The position numbers and the translations under genes were made by a program. Source: an uncultured cyanobacterium (GTDB lineage: Bacteria; Cyanobacteriota; Cyanobacteriia; Cyanobacteriales; Nostocaceae). Taken from it: DNA of 64,000 nucleotides. The DNA is taken from the NCBI GenBank assembly GCA_963740315.1, contig CAVUDP010000002.1, forward strand, positions 512,001 through 576,000. Reading direction: 5' to 3'. Every line of letters starts with the position of its first letter. Positions within the stretch are counted from its first letter, which is position 1. Of the stretch, positions 29,372 to 39,064 are shown piece after piece. The notes beneath the pieces were generated by a model. That model was not told the DNA's origin. It did no database searches and saw only the letters and a list, made by a program, of their open reading frames with translations.

Positions 29372-30003
29372 ATCAATATCTCAATGGAGTTATGCCGGGA
29401 GTATTTGGAGTTAAAGCTTTATGCTGACTTGAAACCGAGATAGGAATGGTAAGCAACGAACGAAAATCTCTAAAAATTCGTTCGGTAGGTTTTTTCTTTA
29501 AGTTCCCCTTTCTCAGATTTACCGCGAACTATTCATGAGATAATTACTCAAGAAGGACGACCGGATAAAAAAGTTTATCGTGTTACACAACTTTTAATCT
29601 TGAGTCATAAGAATAGATTGCTAAACGAAGCTAACTAACGCCAGTTAAAGATGGTTTATTGGTTGAAATATTTAGCCGACATATTGTATCCAAAGATACT
29701 ATTTTGTAATAATTAGAAGATCGCCGCAAAGCTCATATTGAGAAATTATCTAAATACAAACAGTTAGAACAGAAATATTCTCGCGCATCCTTAACAACAA
29801 TCTCGCGTTGCCTTCTTTGGAGTATCTAACTATAAACTCTTGTATTCGTTATCAAACCGTAAGGGGCTTGCTTGGTGCGATCGAGCGATCGAGTTATGGA
29901 ATAAATTAGTTTAAAAATTGTACGCTCTAACCATTAGTAGGTTCCCGACAACTCTTTCACCTGCTAAAATATCTTGGTCGTTTAATAGCAATTAAAATCG
30001 TCT

Positions 30004-30510
30004 TTGAGTCAGTCAACCGACCTAGTAAATAGCATCGATACGTTAGCGCAAGAATTAGCGACAATTCAGCAAATGGGTTCTAAACGAATCGCCGTGCTGG
30101 GTTCTCGTCATGTGCCGATTACTCACCAGAATTTAATTGAAATGATGACTTATGCCCTGGTTTTGTCAGGGAATCGAGTTATTACCTCTGGTGCTACGGG
30201 TACAAATTCAGCTGCTATCAAGGGCGCAATGCGAGCCGATCCGAACTTTCTAACGGTAATTTTACCCCAAAGTTTAGATCGTCAGCCTTCAGAATCGCGC
30301 CAGCAATTAGAACAGGTAATGCACCTGGTAGAAAATTCCAGTAATGACCATTTATCCCTTGCTGAAGCTAGTTACCTATGTAATAAGGAGATTATCTCTC
30401 GCTGTCAGCAACTTGTATGCTTCGCCTTTCACGATAGTGGCACCCTGTTACAAACGTGCAAGGATGCAGAAGAACAAAGAAAAGTAGTAACATTGTTCTA
30501 CTTTGATTAA
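30004..30510 (+). CDS. DprA/Smf-like Rossmann-fold protein (conserved in cyanobacteria)
   Basis: IAVLGSRH, ITSGATGTN, VILPQSL, FAFHDS; TTG start. Confidence 0.8.
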   Translation: MSQSTDLVNSIDTLAQELATIQQMGSKRIAVLGSRHVPITHQNLIEMMTYALVLSGNRVITSGATGTNSAAIKGAMRADPNFLTVILPQSLDRQPSESRQQLEQVMHLVENSSNDHLSLAEASYLCNKEIISRCQQLVCFAFHDSGTLLQTCKDAEEQRKVVTLFYFD

Positions 30511-30577
30511 TCGGCAGGTGATTCGAGTCGCTTTCTCATTAATCATTAGTCATTCGATTTTGGATTCATGATTTTGA

Positions 30578-30727
30578 GGACACTGCTTTCGTTCCCACAC
30601 TATTAGCAAGTGTCCGGGGTTTTAGATTTCTGCAAATAAATAAGCCGTACCTTGCGGATAAACGAGGGCTTCCCCCATGAAAGTATTAACCATACTGTCC
30701 GTATAGTTCCATCATTGAACTAGGGAC
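30578..30727 (-). ncRNA. Candidate structured small RNA
   Basis: GC-richer intergenic block with 4-5 consecutive hairpins and not one of the recurring repeat families; strand is a guess. Confidence 0.35.
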
Positions 30728-30975
30728 TTGTACCTTTCATATACAATTGTTAAATCTAAAATCTAAAATCTAAAATCTAAAATTATTTATGACTAGTGAA
30801 CTAGTAAAGCGTGCAGCTATTTGCGGTTTAAAGTATGCCTCGATTTAAAGTATGGAAATCAACGGTTAACTTTTTACCTCAATTGCGGTGCAAAGTGTAA
30901 GAATAATGTGGGAAAAATGTTCGCTTCCTCAACCATTCGATTTTATATAAAACAAGATTTTTTCACTATCTATTT

Positions 30976-31395
30976 ATGTTGATGTTTTCGCAATTGCCCG
31001 TATCAGCTTTATTCTTGTACTGTATTGCTATAGCTTTCTTGCTCATTTACGTACCATTTTTGGTAGTTGCTTATGCCCGTGTAAGTATTGGTTACGATTA
31101 TTACGCACCTCGCACCATGTTTGAGAAACTTCCAGCTTACGCGCAACGTGCGACTTGGGCGCATCAAAACTCTTTTGAAGCCTTTCCAATTTTTGCTGCT
31201 GCGGCGTTGATGGCTTACGTAACAGGCGTTAATTCTTCTTTGGCTGCATGGGCGGCATTAAGCTTTATTACAGCCCGTTTATTGTATTCAGTTTTTTATA
31301 TTTCAAATATTCCGCTTTTGCGATCGCTTATGTATGCTATTGGTTTGGGTTGTTCTTGTACTTTATTCGTGCTGAGTATAATTCAAGCTAGTTGA
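30976..31395 (+). CDS. MAPEG family membrane protein
   Basis: RATWAHQNSFEAF, ARLLYSVFY. Confidence 0.9.
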   Translation: MLMFSQLPVSALFLYCIAIAFLLIYVPFLVVAYARVSIGYDYYAPRTMFEKLPAYAQRATWAHQNSFEAFPIFAAAALMAYVTGVNSSLAAWAALSFITARLLYSVFYISNIPLLRSLMYAIGLGCSCTLFVLSIIQAS

Positions 31396-31493
31396 AATTG
31401 GATAGTAGATAGTAGAAATAGCAATTAACTACTAACTACTAACTACTATTATTTAAATGTAAAATTACTAATAAATAAAACTGACAATTTGTT

Positions 31494-31985
31494 ATGGCTT
31501 CTACTTATTCATTTGACGTTGTTAGCGATTTTGATAGACAAGAATTGGTTAATGCGATCGACCAAACTACGCGAGAAATTAAAGGTCGCTTTGATTTAAA
31601 AGACACTAAAACTACAGTGGAATTAGGAGAAGATAGTATAAAAGTAAATACAGATAGCGAGTTTACTTTAGAAACCATCAACACTATATTGCGAGAAAAA
31701 GCGGCAAAGCGTCAACTTTCTCAAAAAATCTTTGAATTTGGCGAACCTGAATCTGGTGGCGGTAGTCGCGTCAATCAAGAAATAAAGTTGAAGAAAGGCA
31801 TTAGTCAAGAGATTTCCAAGAAACTCTCTAAGTTGATTCGCGATGAATTTAAAAAAGTACAGGCTTCTATTCAAGGAGATGCAATACGAGTTAGTAGTAA
31901 GAATAAAGATGATTTGCAAGTTGTGATGCAGCGGTTGAAACAAGAAGATTTACCAGTCGCTTTGCAGTTTACAAATTATCGTTAG
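31494..31985 (+). CDS. yajQ: YajQ family nucleotide/c-di-GMP-binding protein
   Basis: [32 protein letters not shown]. Confidence 0.95.
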   Translation: MASTYSFDVVSDFDRQELVNAIDQTTREIKGRFDLKDTKTTVELGEDSIKVNTDSEFTLETINTILREKAAKRQLSQKIFEFGEPESGGGSRVNQEIKLKKGISQEISKKLSKLIRDEFKKVQASIQGDAIRVSSKNKDDLQVVMQRLKQEDLPVALQFTNYR

Positions 31986-32070
31986 CTAGCTAGTACAGAG
32001 TCAACGTAAGTCAGGTACCCATATAATAACCGGACATAAGGATTACCTTTGACAGGCGACGCTCCGATTG

Positions 32071-32136
32071 AGAAGTCGGGTTTTTATCAAAGAAGGTATT
32101 AGTATTACAGATACGTATTCTAAAAACCCGACTTCT
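32071..32136. terminator. 16-bp perfect inverted repeat between convergent yajQ and gst
   Basis: AGAAGTCGGGTTTTTA ... TAAAAACCCGACTTCT; either a dispersed repeat or a bidirectional 3' stem. Confidence 0.5.
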
Positions 32137-32243
32137 GACCATTTTAATTAGGGTGCGCTATTTAAGCCGTGTGGTACTAGTAGGTTGAATAGAGACTTAT
32201 TAAACATCCTCTAAACCAACCTACAAATTAATCGAGATTGAAA

Positions 32244-32801
32244 TTAACCGCGAGAACCCATAGCCTTTTGAAATGCCGGACGTTCGGAAAGTTTTTTCAT
32301 ATAACTGGTAACGTTTGGATATTCGCTTAAATCCAGCTTGAGCATCATCGGAATATAGTTGAGAATCGAACCGACTGCAACATCAGCAACGGTAAATTCT
32401 TCACCAAGTAAGAAAGGTTGTTGCCCTAATATTTCATTCAAAGGATTCATTAGTTTAGGCATTTCTTTTTCTCTGGTAGCTTCCACAAAAACACCAGGTC
32501 CCAAGGTAGCATTTGCGAACAACGACCACTGAGAATAAAGACCGCGTTCTTCTGGCGAAAGAGTTTTTTTACTATATTTATCGGCAAGATATAGCAATAT
32601 TGCGCCGGATTCCCAAAGTTTGAAATCGCCATCTGCGATCGCTGGAACTTTACCCATCGGGTTTATTGCTAAGAATTCAGGCTTGAGATGTTCTCCTGCT
32701 TTCATATCCAGCTTGACGAATTCGTAGGGAATTTCGAGTTCTTCTAAATACCAGTGAACAATTGAAGCGCGGCTGAAGGTTCCACCGTAGAGTTTTATCA
32801 T
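32244..32801 (-). CDS. Glutathione S-transferase
   Basis: INPMGKVPAI.DG...LWESGAILLYL; FTVADV. Confidence 0.95.
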   Translation of the reverse strand: MIKLYGGTFSRASIVHWYLEELEIPYEFVKLDMKAGEHLKPEFLAINPMGKVPAIADGDFKLWESGAILLYLADKYSKKTLSPEERGLYSQWSLFANATLGPGVFVEATREKEMPKLMNPLNEILGQQPFLLGEEFTVADVAVGSILNYIPMMLKLDLSEYPNVTSYMKKLSERPAFQKAMGSRG

Positions 32802-32947
32802 GGTTTTTTTAGGGTTGGGGAAGATTGATATTTTTTTATTTTACATGGCGATTTTACCTGGCGATTTAATGTGCCGCACCTAGCGGTGAACGCGGCTACA
32901 CAGGCAAAACCCGCCTACGCGGGTTATGAATAGGCAGCATATATTAT

Positions 32948-33151
32948 TCACGATACATTTAATAGTGCCTGTTTAAATGCTTTGGCGGTTTTAAAATAAA
33001 TTTCTGGTTCTTCTATTAAGGCTAAATCAATTATTTCTGCTAATTTTTTTGGGATCTTTGTGTTGCGATCGCGAATAGGTATTGGTTTATTTCGCAATAC
33101 TTCTAAAAATATATCTTTACCTGTAAAATCGCGGGGAAAATTTCGGCTCAA
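32948..33151 (-). pseudogene. Orphan C-terminal fragment of a Ser/Thr kinase
   Basis: PRDF.GKD.FL.VL...PIPIR.R...IP..LAE.IDLAL...P..F..A..FK.AL resembles the end of a kinase C-lobe; no N-lobe or catalytic loop upstream. Confidence 0.6.
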
Positions 33152-33160
33152 AGTTAAGAA

Positions 33161-33616
33161 TTATATTGATTGCCGAGCATCTTCTTTGGGAGGATGTAAT
33201 CGGGCTTCAACCCAAAAGCCTCGCGCACTTTGGATAGAATCATCTTCTGGATAACGCTCATCGTTAAGATCGAGACGTTTGCAGGTTGCTCTACCAGTAG
33301 GTGTTACTCCAATAATTTTTCTACCATTTGCCGACCAAATAAAGTGTTGCGACCATATTTGTTGTCGAGGATTAAATAACGGTACTATTGCTTCTGTTTC
33401 CGAATCAAATCCAGCAACAAAATTGTAGCGACGCTCATTACAACGTCGGCAAGCCAAGGCTAAATTATTCGTATCATCAGAACCACCGATAGATTTAGGA
33501 AGCAAATGGTCTACTGTAAATCTAGTGGCACTAATACGTTCTGGAGAATGACAATATTCGCATAAATAATTAGCTCTTTCACGTACCAATTCTTTAGTAG
33601 CATCATCAATAGTCAT
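33161..33616 (-). CDS. HNH endonuclease
   Basis: CEYC...VDHLLP...GG.....NLALACRRCN..., LFNPR.Q.W..HF.W. Confidence 0.9.
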   Translation of the reverse strand: MTIDDATKELVRERANYLCEYCHSPERISATRFTVDHLLPKSIGGSDDTNNLALACRRCNERRYNFVAGFDSETEAIVPLFNPRQQIWSQHFIWSANGRKIIGVTPTGRATCKRLDLNDERYPEDDSIQSARGFWVEARLHPPKEDARQSI

Positions 33617-33846
33617 TTTTGTGCTACTAAAATTGCATTTATATGAGTAAAAATCTTATCGAGTTCTCCAATTTCTTCAAGCTCGATAATTTCTTCTGGA
33701 GTTAGTAAATCGGCTTTCTTTCGTTCTAATAATTGTTCCATCCGCGCTTGTAGTTCATCATTAAATTTAAACAAGTGAAGATTATTTATTGTTTCTACTT
33801 TAATTTTGGCAAGTAAAGATGAAGGTCTAGCGATTACAGTCGTCAT
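33613..33846 (-). CDS. Small acidic partner of the HNH gene (putative antitoxin)
   Basis: 77 aa, helical LQAR...LL..K....LT..E..EL; 4-nt ATGA overlap with the HNH start. Confidence 0.65.
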   Translation of the reverse strand: MTTVIARPSSLLAKIKVETINNLHLFKFNDELQARMEQLLERKKADLLTPEEIIELEEIGELDKIFTHINAILVAQK

Positions 33847-33909
33847 GGGATTAGACGCAATTTGTTATGTATGTTTGTATTGTAATATTTAAAGTTGATA
33901 GCAACAGTT

Positions 33910-34028
33910 GTCATTGTTCGCTGTGCGAAGCATTCAGCGGAAGCTGCGGTTCAATGTCCTATCGGACACGCTTTGCTAACGCAAGGGCTGGGATTGCTTC
34001 GCTCCACTGCGTTCCACTCGCAATGACA
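33910..34028. repeat. GTCATT...AATGAC palindromic element with nested insertions
   Basis: Same family as the compact copy at 55816-55878 and the copy at 14340-14438. Confidence 0.65.
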
Positions 34029-34121
34029 TATTGTAAGTGATTTAGCAAATATAATATGACGGCGGAAAAAAGGGAAAAAATAAAGGATAGAGGGGAAAAG
34101 GGGAAAAGAAAAAAGGGCTAA

Positions 34122-35786
34122 TTAAGTTCTGGAGGAAGCACCACACACCACCCGAAAACCTAAGTCGCTGCTATTGGCATCGGGGCGGTTCGTGGTGCGG
34201 GCAGCAGAGCGGCAATCCTCAAGATAGCTGTACCACGAACCGCCCCGTTGCACTCGATAACGATTATCACGATTGTTTTCAGAATCTACCCACGGACTAC
34301 CATCTGTCGGCAGTGCCTGATAATCACCGCGCCAATCATCAAAACACCATTCCAAAACATCCCCATGCATATCATATAATCCAAAAGGATTCCCACAGAA
34401 ACTTCCTACATCTGTAGTTTCGTCGCGATATATACCCAAGGGTATAGAAAAAGGTGGATCGTAGTCGATATTGTAATTAACTAGATCGCTTGTAATAGTT
34501 TCACCAAAGTGGAAAGGAGTAGTAGTTTGAGCACGACAAGCATATTCCCATTCCGCTTCACTGGGTAATCGATATTCTTTTCGGGTCAATTTGGATAATT
34601 TGGTACAAAATTCTACTGCATCATACCAACTAACGCATTCCACAGGTCGCTTTTTACCTTGAAAGTAAGAAGGATTTGTCCCCATAATTGCCTGATACTG
34701 TTCTTGGGTAACTTGGTATTTGCCTATGAAAAAGGGTTTGACATTAACTTTATGTTGAGGACGTTCATTATTTTCACTTTTCTCTTCATCTTCTGGGGCA
34801 CCCATAATAAAGTTACCACCAGGAATTGCTACCATTTCTAGAGTTACACCATTACCTAAGTCTTCCTTGAAACCCTCTGCTTCTCCAAGATATTTAGTAA
34901 TTTTGAGATTTTTGTCTATTTTGGCGTATTCAAATCTAAATTTCGGAGTCGGAATTGAAAATTTGACCTGATTTGGAATCAGCAATTCCAACCACTCCCG
35001 CACCGTTTGCGTTCTTTCATGCGGTTCCAACTCCATCCCCTTAATAATCGCATCATTAACGCGATCGCTAATATCAGAATTTCGCTGTTTCGGTGACGGT
35101 AAAGGAATACCAGTTATACGAAATCTTGAAGGTAAAGGAGCTTCCCCAGTTAACAAAGTATATAAAGTCGCAGCTAAAGCATAAACATCTGTATAAGCGC
35201 CAAATTTACCCCGTCTTTCATACTGCTCAATCGGTGCATAACCTTCAGTCATCGCATTCGTCATGCTTCCGGTTTGATTCAGGTTGAATTCCCGCGCTAA
35301 CCCAAAGTCAATTAATACCGCTTCCTGCTGACTTTGACGCAAAACAATATTATTCGGCTTGACATCACGATGTAACATTCCTTGCTGATGGATGTATTCT
35401 AAAGCCGTTCCAACTTGGTTAATATACTTGAGGGCTTCGACTTCCGATAATTTACCGCGTTGGTTAATATATACGGCTAAATCTTCACCTTGGACATATT
35501 CCATCACCATTCCCCACAGTCCGTTTTCATTAATCACTTCATGGACTTTGACAATATGGGGATGGCTGCACTGTCTTAAACGAAAAGCTTCTTGAACAAA
35601 CTTTACCTGCTGTTGTTCAAAATCTACTTTGCTTTGATGAATCGGGTTAAGGGTTTTTATAGCAACAATATTATTAGTATTTTTATCTACGGCGCTGTAG
35701 GTAATGCCAAAGCCACCTCCACCTAAGACTTTTTGAATCGTGAATTTACCGTTTTGTAGTTGTTGTTTGGGTGTCCAGAGTTGCAT
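34122..35786 (-). CDS. Ser/Thr protein kinase fused to an FGE-sulfatase (SUMF1) domain
   Basis: GGGGFG, AIK, HRDVKPNN, DFG, APIE; RLPSEAEWEYACRA, NPFGLYDMHG, RGGSW, GFRVV. Confidence 0.95.
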   Translation of the reverse strand: MQLWTPKQQLQNGKFTIQKVLGGGGFGITYSAVDKNTNNIVAIKTLNPIHQSKVDFEQQQVKFVQEAFRLRQCSHPHIVKVHEVINENGLWGMVMEYVQGEDLAVYINQRGKLSEVEALKYINQVGTALEYIHQQGMLHRDVKPNNIVLRQSQQEAVLIDFGLAREFNLNQTGSMTNAMTEGYAPIEQYERRGKFGAYTDVYALAATLYTLLTGEAPLPSRFRITGIPLPSPKQRNSDISDRVNDAIIKGMELEPHERTQTVREWLELLIPNQVKFSIPTPKFRFEYAKIDKNLKITKYLGEAEGFKEDLGNGVTLEMVAIPGGNFIMGAPEDEEKSENNERPQHKVNVKPFFIGKYQVTQEQYQAIMGTNPSYFQGKKRPVECVSWYDAVEFCTKLSKLTRKEYRLPSEAEWEYACRAQTTTPFHFGETITSDLVNYNIDYDPPFSIPLGIYRDETTDVGSFCGNPFGLYDMHGDVLEWCFDDWRGDYQALPTDGSPWVDSENNRDNRYRVQRGGSWYSYLEDCRSAARTTNRPDANSSDLGFRVVCGASSRT

Positions 35787-36148
35787 TTTCCGTTAGGGGG
35801 TGGTTTTAAAGGATTTGAGGTTAGTCCATTATATTCACTCTAGGAAAATGCTTAGTTTTTTGATGATGTATGTGTTTATTGTTGCGGGTAATTTAATATT
35901 TATCTTAGATTTTCACCGAGTAATTTATGGTGTCGCCACATTTATCGTTGGTGCGTGAGGGTAATACCAATTTATTACCTTTTGCTTAGAAGCTTTTTGT
36001 AACCGTCACACACCCTACGCCTTACTAACTGACTAGATTAAACGCGAGGCAGAGCCTCTAATAACTGCATTCCTTGCCGGAGACAAGGAACGAGGGATGA
36101 TGTTGTAGCCCCAGACTTCCAGTCTGAGGGCGACGCGGGTATGCTCAA

Positions 36149-36613
36149 CTACAAAACTTTGTGAGTATGGGAATGCTGTTTCACGTTGTCATCTTTGTTA
36201 ACTACTCTTTGAGCGTTTAATACTCGCTTTTTCTCTATGGAGTATTCAAATTTGCTGTAGGTTTCACCTAAAAGAATTAAAGATTTTGCTTCTTGTTTAC
36301 GCTTGTAGGTGCGTGCTGCGGCAAATGCTCTTTCGCTAAAGTCGTCAACTATTTGGGCGGAATTATCCAATTCTGGTGGTTTGCGAGGTGTTTCGCCGTC
36401 TAATACGCTTCCTAATGTTGTTGCTACTGCTGATTTGTAGGAAGTGGGAATACCTTTGAATAATGATTCTAATGATGCTGAAGGAATGGGTTCGATTACG
36501 TCAACTTCATGCACTTCGCCGTCTTCTTTGATGAAGCAGGTTGCCAAACCGATGACTATGTAATCATCTGCGGCTAAGTCGGGAGCGTTGGGATAAGAAA
36601 TTGTATTTACCAT
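36149..36613 (-). CDS. Conserved cyanobacterial hypothetical protein
   Basis: 154-aa ORF with GLATCF, EPIPSA, GIPTSY and DNVKQHSHTHKVL motifs. Confidence 0.75.
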   Translation of the reverse strand: MVNTISYPNAPDLAADDYIVIGLATCFIKEDGEVHEVDVIEPIPSASLESLFKGIPTSYKSAVATTLGSVLDGETPRKPPELDNSAQIVDDFSERAFAAARTYKRKQEAKSLILLGETYSKFEYSIEKKRVLNAQRVVNKDDNVKQHSHTHKVL

Positions 36614-37047
36614 TTGGTTGCCTAAAAGCAGTGAGCAGTGAGCAGTGAGCAGTGAGCAGTTAGAAGTTTTACGGTTAATAGATTTATAAAAGAGAATTTT
36701 CTTAACAGTTAACGTATTTTTTTGCGGAAGACTAAGCTCCTAAATCAAAAATGTACTGTCTTTATCATTGTTGACTGTTAACTGCTCACTGGTCACTGTT
36801 GAAAGCATTTTACCAGTTGATCTCGCCGTAAAAATGGGGAGCGGTTTAAATTGCAATCATTTGTTATTTTCTGGAATTGATTGTGAAGCGTTGGTATCTA
36901 TTATTAGTTCCAAACCGGAGAGTATTTTTACGCGCTCGGATATTGGAATTAACGTAACGGATGATGAATCCGAACACAGGGGCGCGACAACAAGCGCGAG
37001 CGTACTATCAATCTATTTTATAGAATTACCTACTCAGGCAGGATGAT

Positions 37048-37785
37048 ATGAAGATTCACTTATTTTCAACATTCGGTGACAAGCAAGATAATATCGGCAA
37101 ACGCGATGCTGCGAGATTTACTGCTGATGAACACAGCTATGAGGATAGTAATAGTCAATTATACGCTTACGAAGATAAAGATTTACGCTCTTGTGCTTTG
37201 AAATCGGCGAAAACAGGCGATTATCTCACCGCGATCGCTGCTTTAAATCAGTTAATTCAGCGTCATCCCGATAACGCGATCGATTACAATAATCGGGGTT
37301 TGGTTTATTTTCAAAGTGGTGAAGGGCAAAAAGCGGTTCGCGATTTTAATAAGGCGCTACGAATAAATCCCGGATTGCCTAGTGCTTATAACAACCGAGC
37401 AAATTATTATGCTGCTATTGGAGATTTACAAACAGCATTAGCAGATTATGAAAAAGCTTTAGATTTAAATCCCAGTCACGTTAGGGCGTGGATTAACCGA
37501 GGTATTACTTTACGCGATTTGAAAAAATATGGCGAAGCGATTGATAATTTTGATACGGCGCTGTTTTTTGGCAAACTAGAAAGTTATATTTTGGCTGAAA
37601 GAGGCAGATCCTACCATTTGTGGGGCGACTGGAATATGGCGATCGCCGATTATTATCGTGCTTTAGAAAAATTTCCAAGTGCGAATACAAACGATAATCA
37701 AATGCTTCGCTTGCGTTTACAAGTTGAAAACTGGTTAAGCGAGCTACTGCTTCCTACCCATCCGGAATGGGAAATCTTGGAATGA
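37048..37785 (+). CDS. TPR repeat protein
   Basis: YNNRGLVY, AYNNRANYY, AWINRGIT repeats. Confidence 0.88.
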   Translation: MKIHLFSTFGDKQDNIGKRDAARFTADEHSYEDSNSQLYAYEDKDLRSCALKSAKTGDYLTAIAALNQLIQRHPDNAIDYNNRGLVYFQSGEGQKAVRDFNKALRINPGLPSAYNNRANYYAAIGDLQTALADYEKALDLNPSHVRAWINRGITLRDLKKYGEAIDNFDTALFFGKLESYILAERGRSYHLWGDWNMAIADYYRALEKFPSANTNDNQMLRLRLQVENWLSELLLPTHPEWEILE

Positions 37786-37984
37786 AATACAGCTTCTAAT
37801 AATACTTTAAATTTTTAGCGTTGCTAATAGCTAATAGATGATAACTACATAGGGAACCGTCTTCATAATTAGCGACTAGTTATTAACTATTAGCTGTTAG
37901 CGTTTGAACTCTGTTTTGAGCAATGATATACCTTCTCCTAGTATTAGGATTTATCTTATGCTTAGAAGATATTTCCTCTAAGTA

Positions 37985-38392
37985 TTAAGGTGTAGATTCT
38001 TTAATTTCAGCTGGTGTTGTCTCATTCGTAAATACAATTCTTTTTTGATTGAGGGGTATTCGATTTCCCTCATGTTGCATGACACTACTAGCTTGGCGAG
38101 AGTCAAAAGTATTGCTAAATTCTGCTCTTAAACTATTGACACGTTCTTGAGCAGTCTTAACTTCAGTACGTACCTGACGTAGTTTTTCTTGTCCCGACCA
38201 ATGATGAGGTAAAAGCTGACTTAAAGCCGATACTGCTGCTGCGGAAATGGCTAAGTTAACTCCTATCTTTACTGTTGTCTCCAATGCCATAATTTGATAA
38301 GAACGTTGGCGTAGACGACGCTTTGGTCGTGGAATTGTCCGACGTTGCTGTATTGGCTTTAGCTCCTCTCTTGTCCGTTGAACTGCGTTCAT
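37985..38392 (-). CDS. Single-TM coiled-coil protein (FtsL/DivIC-like architecture)
   Basis: Basic N-terminus, one hydrophobic helix, then a coiled coil; strong RBS AAGGAGG. Confidence 0.6.
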   Translation of the reverse strand: MNAVQRTREELKPIQQRRTIPRPKRRLRQRSYQIMALETTVKIGVNLAISAAAVSALSQLLPHHWSGQEKLRQVRTEVKTAQERVNSLRAEFSNTFDSRQASSVMQHEGNRIPLNQKRIVFTNETTPAEIKESTP

Positions 38393-38644
38393 AATAGGCT
38401 TTACCTCCTTAAAAAGAATGGATATTTCGTAAACATCTAATAACGGCTATTTACGGTTTTCATGTGATGCCATCTTACTTCATTTTTTTCAAACTGCTAC
38501 ACTTAGAATTCTGGTGAAAAAAAATCCTGGTATTTCTAAGTGCATTCTCTTAAGTAGCTTACAACTCGTCGCTACAAGCTTCCGGAAAATACACTTAGTG
38601 TTACCAGGATTACAAACTCTACAGTCGTTTCAAGAATTAATTAT

Positions 38645-38740
38645 TTACTTGTAGAGTTCAGTTGCTAAACGCCAAGCCAAAACACCTGGAATTAATGCCA
38701 CAACCAAAGCAATATAAACTTGAGTGTCTGAAATAGGCAT
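38645..38740 (-). CDS. psaM: Photosystem I reaction centre subunit XII
   Basis: Below the ORF-track cutoff; translated by hand as [31 protein letters not shown]. Confidence 0.95.
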   Translation of the reverse strand: MPISDTQVYIALVVALIPGVLAWRLATELYK

Positions 38741-38839
38741 ATCTGAAATCTCCCAGTTACTAAACGACAGAATACTTCGTTTTCTACTTTTCACTGTTTT
38801 ACCCGAATTGGGAAATAAGTTGTTACAACATGCAACAAT

Positions 38840-39031
38840 TGGAATGGGAAAATGGGGAGATAGGGAGATGGGGAGATGGGGGGATGGGGGGATGGGGAGA
38901 TGGGGAGATGGGGGGATGGGGAGTACTTCGACAAGTCTTACAGTGAGCTACGTCGAACTGCTCAGTAACCTTTGGGGAGATGGGGGGATGGGGGGAAAGT
39001 TAGGAGTTAGGAGTTAGCAGTTAGGAGTTAG
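38840..39031. repeat. GATGGG(G/A)G octamer STRR interrupted by a TACTTCGACAAG...CTCAGTAACC element, followed by AGTTAGG heptamers
   Basis: Read directly; reverse-complement copies GGTTACTGAGCTTGTCGAAGTA occur twice at about 59520-59593. Confidence 0.75.
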
Positions 39032-39064
39032 AAATTATTTCAAATAAACCTTTAACCTTTAAAA

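Noticed and set aside
36768..37046. 92-aa ORF upstream of the TPR gene
   Set aside because: TTG start inside a heptamer repeat and no recognisable motif; more likely a 5' leader/promoter region.
38724..39017. 97-aa ORF
   Set aside because: Mostly translated octamer repeat; overlaps the psaM start on the opposite strand.
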